From Spirochaetota bacterium (GTDB lineage Bacteria; Spirochaetota; UBA4802; UBA5550): DNA of 64,000 nt. The notes below the pieces were generated by a model. The model searched no databases and was not told the origin of the DNA. It saw only the letters and a list, made by a program, of their open reading frames with translations. The position numbers and the translations under genes are program-made. Below are positions 50,334 through 61,355 of the stretch, in pieces; the stretch's first letter is position 1, and every line of letters starts with the position of its first letter. Where the stretch lies: NCBI GenBank assembly GCA_963664815.2, contig CAXXHB010000003.1, positions 4,032,001 to 4,096,000 on the forward strand, given 5' to 3'.

Positions 50334-51743
50334 TTACCAATTACCGCTATTCAGGTATTCAATCATACCCTTTGCAGCTTTTTTCCCAGCGCCCATTGCC
50401 TCAATTACTGTGGCCGCTCCGGTGACGATGTCGCCACCTGCAAAAACACCTTTTACTGAAGTTTTCATTGTTTCACTGTCAGCAATAATATTCCCCCATT
50501 TGTTGCATTTAAGATCTGGAGCTGTCTTCTGTAGAATAGGATTTGATCCATTCCCTATTGCGACTATCGCAGCATCAATTTTTATTATAAACTCGGAACC
50601 TTTAACTTCCACTGGTCTTTTTCTGCCTGATTCATCAGGTGTGCCAAGTTCCATTTTAACACACTCAACACCACATAGACGCCCTTGATCATTCCCTATG
50701 AGCCTCACCGGGTTTGAAAGCAGATCAAAAATTACACCCTCTTCCTCGGCATGATGAGCCTCCTCATGTCTTGCAGGCATTTCCTCTCTTGATCTTCTGT
50801 ATATCAAATGAACATCTTTACATCCAAGACGTATAGCGGTTCTTGCAGAATCCATAGCTACGTTTCCAGCTCCAAAAACAGCCATGCTCTCTCCTCTTAT
50901 AACAGGAGTGTCGTATTCGGGAAATTTATACGCCTTCATCAGGTTTACCCGGGTCAAATATTCATTAGCAGAATAGACTCCCTGCAGATCTTCGCCTGGT
51001 ATATTTAAAAATGTCGGAAGACCCGCACCGGTTGCCACAAAAGAGACATCAAATCTTTTCATTATATCGCCAAGGCTTTCAGAAAGACCAACAACCCTGT
51101 TTGTAATAAATTCAACCCCCAAAGCAGCAAGCGCATCAATTTCATAACTTACGATTTTTTTAGGAAGACGGAACTCAGGTATTCCATACACCAGAACTCC
51201 TCCGGGTGTATGCAGCGCTTCAAATACTGTTACACTGTAGCCTGCACCGGCGAGTTCACCGGCAACAGTAAGACCGGCTGGTCCGGAACCTATAATTGCC
51301 ACCTTTTTATTTTTTCTGGCACCTGCGGCAATTACCGGTAAATGTTCCTTTTCCCTTTCATAATCAGCGACAAAACCTTCGAGTTTTCCTATAGCAACCG
51401 GTTCAAATTTCTTACCAAGAATGCATTTTGCTTCACACTGCGACTCCTGAGGGCAGACCCTTCCACATACTGCTGGAAGTGAACTTGATTCCTTGATTAC
51501 TTTTATTGCACCAATAAAATTTTTTTCTGATATCTCTTTTATAAACGCCGGAATATTTATATTAACCGGGCATCCCTCAACACATAATGGCTTCTTACAT
51601 TGGAGGCATCTGCCTGCTTCAATCACTGCAGTCTCAGGAGTATATCCCAGAGGGACTTCACTAAAGTTTTTTATTCTATCTTCCGGTTTCTGTTCCGGCA
51701 TTTTCTGTCTTGGTGTTTTAGCATCCATGTTGTACAACTCCAT
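50334..51743 (-). CDS. nfnB: NfnB/SudA (GltD-like subunit of electron-bifurcating transhydrogenase)
   Basis: RCLQCKKPLC..GCPV, VCGRVCPQESQCE, YGIPEFRLPK, ANEYLTRVNLM, GNVAMD, GAATVI; overlaps nfnA. Confidence 0.85.
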   Translation of the reverse strand: MELYNMDAKTPRQKMPEQKPEDRIKNFSEVPLGYTPETAVIEAGRCLQCKKPLCVEGCPVNINIPAFIKEISEKNFIGAIKVIKESSSLPAVCGRVCPQESQCEAKCILGKKFEPVAIGKLEGFVADYEREKEHLPVIAAGARKNKKVAIIGSGPAGLTVAGELAGAGYSVTVFEALHTPGGVLVYGIPEFRLPKKIVSYEIDALAALGVEFITNRVVGLSESLGDIMKRFDVSFVATGAGLPTFLNIPGEDLQGVYSANEYLTRVNLMKAYKFPEYDTPVIRGESMAVFGAGNVAMDSARTAIRLGCKDVHLIYRRSREEMPARHEEAHHAEEEGVIFDLLSNPVRLIGNDQGRLCGVECVKMELGTPDESGRKRPVEVKGSEFIIKIDAAIVAIGNGSNPILQKTAPDLKCNKWGNIIADSETMKTSVKGVFAGGDIVTGAATVIEAMGAGKKAAKGMIEYLNSGNW

Positions 51744-52572
51744 CCAGTTTACATTTATGTTTATAGTTGTCGTATGACTGAGTTTCCTCTTTGATATAAG
51801 TTTTCAATCTCAGGCTGAGATTGTCAAAATCCACCAGATGACCGTCAAACTCAGGCCCGTCAACGCACGTGAATTTCGTCTCATCACCAACAGTTACCCT
51901 GCATCCGCCGCACATACCAGTTCCGTCTATCATTACAGAATTGAGACTTACAAATGTTTTAATCCCTTTTTCTTTTGTTATACTGCTTACGGCCTTCATC
52001 ATAGCCACAGGTCCAATTGCCACAACAAGATCAACCTTTTCTCTTGAAATTACATTGTTAAGAATGTCTGTAACAAACCCTTTTTTTCCAAGTGTTCCAT
52101 CATCAGTACATACAATATTTTCATCACCTATTGCGCCAAGTTCTTTTTCAAGAATAAGAAGATTCTCAGACCTTGCTCCAAGAATATTCACTATTCTGTT
52201 TCCAGCTTCTTTCATCCCTCTGGATATAGGATAGAGCGGAGCTATACCGATCCCTCCTCCTATACACACCACTGTTCCGTATTTTTCCACTTCAGTCGGA
52301 TGCCCAAGAGGCCCGACAATATCACTGAGACTTTCACCAGCTTTCATACCGGCAAGCTTTTTTGTTGTAGTTCCGACAATCTGGTAGTAAAGAGTAATAG
52401 TTCCATTGGCTCTGTCTGCATCTGCAATGGTAAGAGGCATTCTTTCCCCGCATTCATCTATGCGCAGAATAATAAACTGACCCGCTTTTCGATATTCAGC
52501 TACATAGGGAGCGTCTACCACCATTTTACCTAGCGTGGGTTGAATTATATCATTTGAATGAATATAATGCAT
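51718..52572 (-). CDS. nfnA: NfnA/SudB (FAD/NAD-binding, 2Fe-2S subunit)
   Basis: GQFIILR, ERMPLTIAD, GPLG, GGGIGIAP, DGTGMCGGCRV...CVDGPEFDG. Confidence 0.88.
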   Translation of the reverse strand: MHYIHSNDIIQPTLGKMVVDAPYVAEYRKAGQFIILRIDECGERMPLTIADADRANGTITLYYQIVGTTTKKLAGMKAGESLSDIVGPLGHPTEVEKYGTVVCIGGGIGIAPLYPISRGMKEAGNRIVNILGARSENLLILEKELGAIGDENIVCTDDGTLGKKGFVTDILNNVISREKVDLVVAIGPVAMMKAVSSITKEKGIKTFVSLNSVMIDGTGMCGGCRVTVGDETKFTCVDGPEFDGHLVDFDNLSLRLKTYIKEETQSYDNYKHKCKLDGVVQHGC

Positions 52573-52762
52573 AGTCTTATCCTCATACTTTGAATTTATA
52601 TATTAGAAACAATCTCAATGAAGTATATTGTAAATTTCAAGAGATATTTCCAGTAGTAAATATCTGTATTTTATTATTTATTTTTAGAAGCTGGCCATAG
52701 ATATAAACTACGTGAAATAAAAAGTCGACCCGTTTTATAATTCAGAACTCTTTTTTTTAAAA

Positions 52763-52838
52763 TATTTACAGACGCACGGTTTTCAGGAAGGTCATGCATC
52801 TGTAAATAGGTCTTCCGGTTGCAAAATTCAACCGGAAG
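52763..52838 (-). terminator. Two hairpins downstream of gdhA
   Basis: CTTCCGGTTG/CAACCGGAAG (52812-52838) and TATTTACAGACGCA/TGCATCTGTAAATA (52763-52808). Confidence 0.65.
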
Positions 52839-52849
52839 CTCAAACACTG

Positions 52850-54355
<1,506 letters not shown>

Positions 54356-54425
54356 TTAAAAGCTGACATTAACTGTATATAATAAAATGTTTTTCAGTTT
54401 TTCTATAATCCCTATCAGACATATA

Positions 54426-54480
54426 TTACAAAAATGTAACCATATAGCTTTTCTATTATGTTTTAGTTACAAAATTGTCT
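54426..54480. promoter_or_regulatory. Putative operator(s) upstream of gdhA
   Basis: Perfect palindrome TTACA-AAAA-TGTAA (54426-54439) and a weaker copy GTTACAAAATTGTCT (54466-54480). Confidence 0.45.
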
Positions 54481-54518
54481 ATTGATATTTATTCAAATAT
54501 TACCTTTACGTTAAAAGT

Positions 54519-57122
54519 TTACAAAGGCGTAACATTTGAAAAGCATATCAGTTTCTGAATTCCGACATCAGTTATAAGATGAAGACCTTTTTCAGTGACA
54601 TCATAGACTTTTATTGTTTCTGAATAACGTCCGGAATCAGGGATTATCTCTGGTAGTATATTTTCGGTATCTTTAAACATATTAATATTAAAAAAAACAT
54701 TATCATTTTCGGGAAAAACGGCGATATAAAAAATCCCGGTTTCAACAAGATCATGAAAAAAATGAGAACCGAAAGAAAGCTCAGGCATGATGTTTTCATT
54801 CATTCTCGCCATTTCAACAAGTACTTTAACATTATTTATTTCAGAAAATCTCGATGGAACACCAAGCTCAGGAGTTGTTGTTCCCCACCTCCCGGGTCCT
54901 ATAAGCATAACAGGAATATTATCACTCCCGGGGATCAGCCTGTTCAGCTTACCGATTATTCTCGCTACTTCATACTTTCCCGATTGCGGCAGGGCTGAAT
55001 ACATTTCAGGTTCCACATATACAATGCGTTTTATCTGCTGAACAATGCTTCCTCCAAGAAAGTTTCCCTCTGTCCTTATGAAAATGTTCTCGTCATTGAT
55101 GCCCTCCGGGATAGATATTCCTTTCTCTATACCCTTCGCCTGATAAGGCCGGCATTGAAGAAGATTTATTCTATAGTTATTGTCAGAGGAAAAATTCACA
55201 GTAAACTCAATATCCACAGGATAATTATAGTTTTCTTTCAGTGTTTTCAGCATCTCCAGCATCTTTTGCGAAAAATCCGTCCCGGAAAAAAAATTATCAA
55301 AACATATTACCCAGTGAGTTGAATCCTTCAGATTCATCTCTATTATTAAATTTGCTGTTTCATAATCCGAAACGGCTGCCATTTCCATATCTATATCAGG
55401 AATCTCGCGAAGTAGTTTCACAAGTGAAATAGTTTCCAGAACATTTTTTTCTATATTAAGCACATCAACATTATGCTGGGAAAATCTTCTCAGGTCATCC
55501 ATTCCTGCAAGCGGTCTTATCATTGGAGAATCTAGAGCCGCTATACGGGGATAATCTCCCTCAACCCTGTCTACAGATCTAGTTCCAAGACCAAAAACCA
55601 TACGGAGCATTCCTGCTTCTGGATCCATATCGCTTTTCCACACATATGTATTATATGAAAGACCGACTCCTCCAATATAAGGGAAAAAATAATTTCCCCT
55701 GTGAGCTCCTGAAACCCTCTGTACAATAAGCGCCATCTGCTCATCATTCTTGTCAAGGCCTCGCTGAATGCGGTATGCCAGAGCATCATCATTCATTGTG
55801 CTTGCATAGACCTTTCTTATTGCGTTAATAAAATCATTAAATCTATCCTCCGGGTTTCCCTGGTTTACGCAGAAGTGACTTTCATATTTTCCGGCAAATG
55901 CATGACCATATGTATCTTCAAGCAGGCTGCTTGATCTTACTATAAAAGGTGACTGACCGAAATACTCTATAATCTGCTGAAGCTTTTCTTTTACTTCATC
56001 TGGGAAAGAACCACTAAGCATTTGTTCTCTCAATTCAGGAGCTGTTTTGAAATAACCATCGCTGCTTTTATGTTCGAGAAAAAGTTTCCACAAACCGTTC
56101 TGGACAATGTATGTATAAAAAACATCTGAACCGATATAGAATGAATCATGAGGTTCAAGAACTTTATCCCATCTGTTTTTACTGTCATTATCAAGTATTT
56201 TACGTGCAATTATCATACCTGCTGCTTTCCCCCCGATAAATCCGGACCCGATGAGACGTGAATTGATAACTGCAAAATCTTTGAGCTTCAGATTTTTAAA
56301 AGCAAGATTCAAAATTCTTTCATCCCGGCCGATTAGAAGCCTGCAGAGTCGATTTACCATCTTTCTTCTGTCCTCATCCGCCGGGTTCCCCGAAATCATA
56401 TCATCAACTTCAATAAAAAGTTTATCCCAGAAATCAAGATTTCTTCTTGCCATCTCAGAAGTTAGCCTCTGCAGATAATTTATAAAATCCGCAACATCGG
56501 CACTATTAAGCATAGGATGAAAAGAGTAGCCCTCTTTTTTATGAGGAAAAAACATTGTTGGAGAATATCTGTTCCATACCTTGAGAGGATGTACAAAAAC
56601 ATTCCCTTCAAAACTATGTATATCTATAAGAAGTTGTGTGGTCTCCCTTATTCTTGCAACGGTTTTAAAATCATGATTATTTCGCAAAATGGCAAAGTAG
56701 GCAACAGTATTGAGTTCAAACAGGTAGGGACAGGTGATTTTAAAAAAATTTCCTATCATCAAATCCGTCGCCCATGCTGAAAGAAGATCAGACAAGGAAT
56801 CAAAAACATAGAAAGCCTTTTCACCCGCTTCGGCTATAATTCTGTGAACCTCTATAGCAAATGATTCAAAACCATAAAACGCATTCAGCTTGCGGGTATT
56901 CACCCGGATATCATCAATCTCAAAAAGCGGCTTATGACTTGCAAATCTCATGTAGATTATTTTTCTTCCATCAGTATACGATTTTTCTACAAAAGGAATT
57001 ACAAACTCACTGTAATCAGCGATAGAATCCACCTGCCAGACAACATTATCCCCGAGATTAAGATTATTAATAATTTTATCAAAACCAGTAAATCCGCTGC
57101 TTACCTGAGTTATCTGACCCAT
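54519..57122 (-). CDS. PEP/pyruvate-binding (PPDK_N ATP-grasp) domain protein with KaiC/RecA-like N-terminus
   Basis: N-terminal 'SSGFTGFDKII..L..GDNV', 'YVFDSLS'; ATP-grasp 'IGGKAAG', 'VRSSSLLED...FAGKYES', 'DIEF', 'LLQCRP'; C-terminal GPGRWGT; no phospho-His domain; ATG at 57122 with GGAGG RBS. Confidence 0.85.
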   Translation of the reverse strand: MGQITQVSSGFTGFDKIINNLNLGDNVVWQVDSIADYSEFVIPFVEKSYTDGRKIIYMRFASHKPLFEIDDIRVNTRKLNAFYGFESFAIEVHRIIAEAGEKAFYVFDSLSDLLSAWATDLMIGNFFKITCPYLFELNTVAYFAILRNNHDFKTVARIRETTQLLIDIHSFEGNVFVHPLKVWNRYSPTMFFPHKKEGYSFHPMLNSADVADFINYLQRLTSEMARRNLDFWDKLFIEVDDMISGNPADEDRRKMVNRLCRLLIGRDERILNLAFKNLKLKDFAVINSRLIGSGFIGGKAAGMIIARKILDNDSKNRWDKVLEPHDSFYIGSDVFYTYIVQNGLWKLFLEHKSSDGYFKTAPELREQMLSGSFPDEVKEKLQQIIEYFGQSPFIVRSSSLLEDTYGHAFAGKYESHFCVNQGNPEDRFNDFINAIRKVYASTMNDDALAYRIQRGLDKNDEQMALIVQRVSGAHRGNYFFPYIGGVGLSYNTYVWKSDMDPEAGMLRMVFGLGTRSVDRVEGDYPRIAALDSPMIRPLAGMDDLRRFSQHNVDVLNIEKNVLETISLVKLLREIPDIDMEMAAVSDYETANLIIEMNLKDSTHWVICFDNFFSGTDFSQKMLEMLKTLKENYNYPVDIEFTVNFSSDNNYRINLLQCRPYQAKGIEKGISIPEGINDENIFIRTEGNFLGGSIVQQIKRIVYVEPEMYSALPQSGKYEVARIIGKLNRLIPGSDNIPVMLIGPGRWGTTTPELGVPSRFSEINNVKVLVEMARMNENIMPELSFGSHFFHDLVETGIFYIAVFPENDNVFFNINMFKDTENILPEIIPDSGRYSETIKVYDVTEKGLHLITDVGIQKLICFSNVTPL

Positions 57123-57208
57123 TGATTCGCCACCTCCAGCCATCAGTCATATCATTCATTACCATGACAAGATGCCATTCTCCCCTATGCTGTTGCCCGA
57201 TAATTAAA

Positions 57209-58393
57209 TTACTTCATTCTGAAACTTACTGTGTCCCTGACTTTCCGCGCTTTTTCCCTTGCCTCATTAATTGTGGAACCAAGAGCAAGGGCAACTCCCA
57301 TTCTTCTATGACCACGAACTTCCGGCTTCCCGAATATTCTTATAGCAGTAAAATCTTCCGAAATTGCCGCATCAAGCTTTTCATATAGAATATCATCAGA
57401 ATCGCCGTCAACAAGTATAGCAGCTGATGCGGAAGGCCCATATTGTTTGATAGCTGTTACCGGAAGACCAAGTATCGCCCTTACATGAAGCTCAAACTCC
57501 GACATATTCTGCGATATAATTGTAACCATACCCGTATCATGAGGACGTGGAGAGACTTCGCTAAAAAAAACTTCATCCCCTTTTATAAAAAGCTCAACCC
57601 CGAAGATACCGAAACCTCCGATGCCATCAGTTATTGTTTTTGCAATTCTTTTAGACTCCATTAACGCAGTTTCAGTCATAGGATGAGGTTGCCATGATTC
57701 TCTGTAATCACCATCAATCTGAAGGTGACCAACAGGATCAACAAACGATATACCCCCACTATGCCTTACCGTGAGGAGGGTTATCTCATAATCAAAGTTA
57801 ATAAATTTTTCAATTATTACGCGTCCCGCTCCCGATCTGCTGCCTGACTGAGAATAATCCCAGGCCTTGTCAATGTCACTCTCTGATTTTATTATACTTT
57901 GCCCCTTTCCGGATGAACTCATTATGGGTTTTACTACACAAGGAATACCGGTTTCTTTAACTGCATCAAGGAAAGCACTCTTTTCATCAGCAAATTTATA
58001 TGGTGATGTCTTTAGCCCCAGATCTTCCGCAGCAAATCTTCTTATTCCTTCACGGTTCATAGTCAGTTTTGTAGCACGGGCATTCGGGATAATATTATAT
58101 CCCTCTTTTTCAAGTTCAATCAGGGTATCTGTTGCTATAGCTTCAATTTCAGGGACTATATAATGAGGTCTTACTTTTTCTATTATCTCTCTGAGTTTAA
58201 CACCATCAAGCATATTAAAAACATGAGATTCATGGGCAATCTGCATAGCCGGAGCATTCTCATACCTGTCGCATGCAATAACATAAACACCGAGCCTCAT
58301 TGCTTCGATAACGACCTCTTTTCCAAGCTCTCCGGAACCGAGCATCAGAAGTCTTGTCTGTGATTTTCCCGTGGATGTACCTATTGACGTCAT
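57209..58393 (-). CDS. purT: Formate-dependent phosphoribosylglycinamide formyltransferase
   Basis: [57 protein letters not shown]. Confidence 0.97.
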   Translation of the reverse strand: MTSIGTSTGKSQTRLLMLGSGELGKEVVIEAMRLGVYVIACDRYENAPAMQIAHESHVFNMLDGVKLREIIEKVRPHYIVPEIEAIATDTLIELEKEGYNIIPNARATKLTMNREGIRRFAAEDLGLKTSPYKFADEKSAFLDAVKETGIPCVVKPIMSSSGKGQSIIKSESDIDKAWDYSQSGSRSGAGRVIIEKFINFDYEITLLTVRHSGGISFVDPVGHLQIDGDYRESWQPHPMTETALMESKRIAKTITDGIGGFGIFGVELFIKGDEVFFSEVSPRPHDTGMVTIISQNMSEFELHVRAILGLPVTAIKQYGPSASAAILVDGDSDDILYEKLDAAISEDFTAIRIFGKPEVRGHRRMGVALALGSTINEAREKARKVRDTVSFRMK

Positions 58394-58492
58394 ATAAACT
58401 CCTTTTAATATATACTGAAATTCGTAAATCAACTTTAAAAAAGAATTAGTTACAATATATTTTCAATAAAAATCAAAAATACTATCTGCCAA

Positions 58493-59023
58493 TCACCCCT
58501 GTGAAATTTTTATTATATCTGTTTTATTCTTTAAAGCAAGATTCCGGTATATTTTTTTTGCAGCATTCCACTCCACTTTATGTTTTTCCTGAACATCACC
58601 TTTTTCTATAGCTGGCACCCCGGCATAAATCTTTCCAGGAGGAACGGTTTGGTTTCGTTTAATCAATGAATGCTCTGCAACTATAGACCATTCTCCAACT
58701 TTTGAATAATCCGTCACTGTTGAATTCATACCAATTACAGCATTATCTCCTATTGTTGTATTATGAATCATTACATTATGCCCTATTGTAACATCTTTCC
58801 CGATTCTTGTGCAATCTCCCGGTCTTGCGTGAATTGTAACATTTTCTTCAATAGCTGTCCCATCTTCAATAATTATTGTTCCGTAATCACCCCTGATTAC
58901 AGCCCCCCATCCAATATAACAATTTTTACCTATTAGAACATTCCCAATTATGTCAGCAGAGGGAGCTACCCATGATGATGAATCTATTTCCGGCCTTTTA
59001 CCATTTGATTCATAAAGTGACAT
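58493..59023 (-). CDS. Gamma carbonic anhydrase-family hexapeptide-repeat protein
   Basis: 'AVIRGD', 'ENVTIH', 'TIGHNVMIH', 'YAGVPA'. Confidence 0.9.
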   Translation of the reverse strand: MSLYESNGKRPEIDSSSWVAPSADIIGNVLIGKNCYIGWGAVIRGDYGTIIIEDGTAIEENVTIHARPGDCTRIGKDVTIGHNVMIHNTTIGDNAVIGMNSTVTDYSKVGEWSIVAEHSLIKRNQTVPPGKIYAGVPAIEKGDVQEKHKVEWNAAKKIYRNLALKNKTDIIKISQG

Positions 59024-59234
59024 TTTTCACCCCTTTTATGATGATTTTCAATATTATTTTATTTATAAACACATAATGAAAACTGACATCATATTACAAA
59101 TTAATAATTAAGATAATAAGAATTATAAAGCTCAATGGTAAAATAAAAAATCATATAAATTCAAAAAAAAATGAAGTGACATATATGCTATAATTATTTA
59201 GGGTGAAACAGATTAGAAACCTGAAATAAATAAT

Positions 59235-59792
59235 ATGACTGAAAAAGCAAGATACAACTTAAAAGAAGCCCTCCTTCTTGAAAATTTCCACGACTCCGAC
59301 GAGTTGATGATGCTCAGAGATAATCCTTTACAACTCATTGATAGAGGTTATGACTACATTGACAAATGTGAGTACAGTAAAGCCTTTAAGGTATTCGCAG
59401 CAGGAGCCAATGTTGATAAAAAAGACCCGGATATACTTAACGGTCTTGGGATATGTTTATGTGAAATGGGATTATTAATAGAGGCAAAACAGGTTCTTGA
59501 ATATGCCATAAATATACATCCGGATGATCCTGTAATCTTCGCCAACATGGCTGGAGTATTGTGGGAGCAGACTGATTATGACAAGGCAATATATTATTAT
59601 ACCCGTTCCATAGAAATTGATCCAGAGATTGAAGAAACTTTTTTTAATCTTATAAACCTTTACATCGAATCCGGTTCACTTTTTATGGCTCTTATTACCT
59701 GCACAAAATTTATTGAATATTTCCCTGAAAGTGAGGAGGCAATAAATTTGCGTAATGATATAATTCTCAATCTGGGTATATCATTCATTTAA
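59235..59792 (+). CDS. TPR protein
   Basis: Several TPR motifs (NGLGICLCEMG, ANMAGVLW, FNLINLY). Confidence 0.85.
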   Translation: MTEKARYNLKEALLLENFHDSDELMMLRDNPLQLIDRGYDYIDKCEYSKAFKVFAAGANVDKKDPDILNGLGICLCEMGLLIEAKQVLEYAINIHPDDPVIFANMAGVLWEQTDYDKAIYYYTRSIEIDPEIEETFFNLINLYIESGSLFMALITCTKFIEYFPESEEAINLRNDIILNLGISFI

Positions 59793-59840
59793 TTTTATTT
59801 ACTTCAGATATTTAATTAAAATAAATTTGGCAGACTACAT

Positions 59841-60320
59841 CTATTTTATTCTATTCATATAATCTGTTGCTTTTTTACTCTCATATGATTCTATAAGCTT
59901 TATAAAGTCATCTTTACGATCAATCTTCCAGCTATTTTTCTCTTTCTCCATTTTAAGAGCCATTGGCTGTCCAATAGCATTTTCCGAACTATGTTTAGTA
60001 AAAACAATAACAAGATAACATGAATTTCCCTCTATCTTTTTTTCTGTAATTTTATATTCCGCTCCTTCAGGGATAAAACTCAATATGTCAACTGATGTCT
60101 CTCTTTTCATTCCTGTCAATTTCATATACTTTCTCATCAGACTCACCGTTTCTGTTGTATAAAAACCGAGTACGATTTCACTGTTGCCTCTGTCCCTTAC
60201 AAATGATAATACTTCTTCCGGGGAACCGGCTTCTATTTTTTCCTTTCCACAACCAGTGAAAAGTAAAAAAAAACTAATAGTGAAACAGGAAATTATTTTT
60301 TTTTGATTTTGCATATTCAA
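59841..60320 (-). CDS. Putative lipoprotein (NTF2/DUF4878-like)
   Basis: Lipobox FTGC, 'SPEEV', 'MEKEKNSWKID'. Confidence 0.65.
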   Translation of the reverse strand: MNMQNQKKIISCFTISFFLLFTGCGKEKIEAGSPEEVLSFVRDRGNSEIVLGFYTTETVSLMRKYMKLTGMKRETSVDILSFIPEGAEYKITEKKIEGNSCYLVIVFTKHSSENAIGQPMALKMEKEKNSWKIDRKDDFIKLIESYESKKATDYMNRIK

Positions 60321-60706
60321 TGCATCTCTTCTTTCTGTTTTTTTTCTGTAAGATTATCAAATAATTTTAATGACTTATATTTCAGATGAAGCTCTGTAAT
60401 TATTATCTCTTTCGCTGAAATATTCAAATCATCCCACATAAAAGCAGTATTAATCATTTCCGAAAAGATAAATATCTGCCCACTTTCGATATCAAGAGAA
60501 ACAGCGTCGGCTAAAAGTGTTTTGTAACCTTTATCTGGATCATAATATGGCAATTCACAATAAATTTCACTTATTTTGTTATCAAAGGTTTTAAGTAATT
60601 CAAAAACAAACTCGGCCATAAGCATATTAACTTCAAAAGACTTGCTTTCAATTTTTATCAATTTATCATCAAATTTATCTTTATCCATTTTGATGAATTC
60701 CTGCAA
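60317..60706 (-). CDS. Hypothetical protein
   Basis: 129-aa ORF translationally coupled to both neighbours. Confidence 0.7.
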   Translation of the reverse strand: MQEFIKMDKDKFDDKLIKIESKSFEVNMLMAEFVFELLKTFDNKISEIYCELPYYDPDKGYKTLLADAVSLDIESGQIFIFSEMINTAFMWDDLNISAKEIIITELHLKYKSLKLFDNLTEKKQKEEMH

Positions 60707-61111
60707 TCATGCGCCCTTTTTAAGAAATGGAAATTTCAGAATAGAAACAAGATGTTTTTTTTTCCGTTTACTGCTGGAATTATAGTTCATTGATAAAACC
60801 CCGTTCCTGTCAAGTGTGAAGATTAACTTTTTCAGAGTGTTTTCATCTAAGGAATCAAGCGCTCTGCCACAGATAAAATCCACACAGCCGGCCGCTCCCC
60901 ATCTATACATATCTGCACAAACATTTCCATCTTCATTTAAAAAGATACAGGATATACTCATTTTAACACCGGAGTTAGATTTACCCGATTCACTGAAGTT
61001 AAAGTTTTCAATATTAACAGTCATGCCGATTTTGCAATTACAGGAATCCAAAATTCTTTCCTTAATGTTAAGTATCATTTCTTTTTTTGAGTTTATTTCT
61101 GCAGGCGACAT
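60707..61111 (-). CDS. Hypothetical protein
   Basis: 134-aa ORF with GGAG RBS, first gene of a three-gene unit. Confidence 0.65.
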   Translation of the reverse strand: MSPAEINSKKEMILNIKERILDSCNCKIGMTVNIENFNFSESGKSNSGVKMSISCIFLNEDGNVCADMYRWGAAGCVDFICGRALDSLDENTLKKLIFTLDRNGVLSMNYNSSSKRKKKHLVSILKFPFLKKGA

Positions 61112-61139
61112 AATTTTCTCCGGAAAACTGATATAGTTT

Positions 61140-61166
61140 ATATCGGAATAATTATTAAAATGATTA
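61140..61166 (-). promoter_or_regulatory. Sigma28-like promoter
   Basis: Minus strand TAAT-N15-TCCGATAT, 28 nt before the ATG at 61111. Confidence 0.4.
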
Positions 61167-61223
61167 AATATTATTTAAAAGATGCCACTAGGGGAATATT
61201 GCATATATTATATTAAGTTTATA

Positions 61224-61307
61224 TGCCGCGAGAGGGACTCGAACCCTCACAGGCGTACGCCTACTAGACCCTGAACCTAGCGCGTCTACCAATTCCGCCA
61301 TCGCGGC
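61224..61307 (-). tRNA. tRNA-Leu(CAG)
   Basis: GCCGCGA/TCGCGGC acceptor stem, GGAATTGGTAGAC, anticodon arm CTAGG-TT-CAG-GG-TCTAG, long variable arm, GGTTCGAGTCC. Confidence 0.96.
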
Positions 61308-61355
61308 ATAAGATAAAGTTCTTATAAATCCGAAGCCATATTTGTCAAACTATTT

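Noticed and set aside
50334-51743. A second gltD
   Set aside because: It is paired with an NfnA/SudB gene and the true gltD is coupled to gltB, so NfnB fits better.
52763-52838. SRP RNA or other ncRNA suggested by TCAGGAAGG
   Set aside because: Lacks the SRP domain IV context (CAGGTCCGGAAGGAAGCAGC); explained as hairpins after gdhA.
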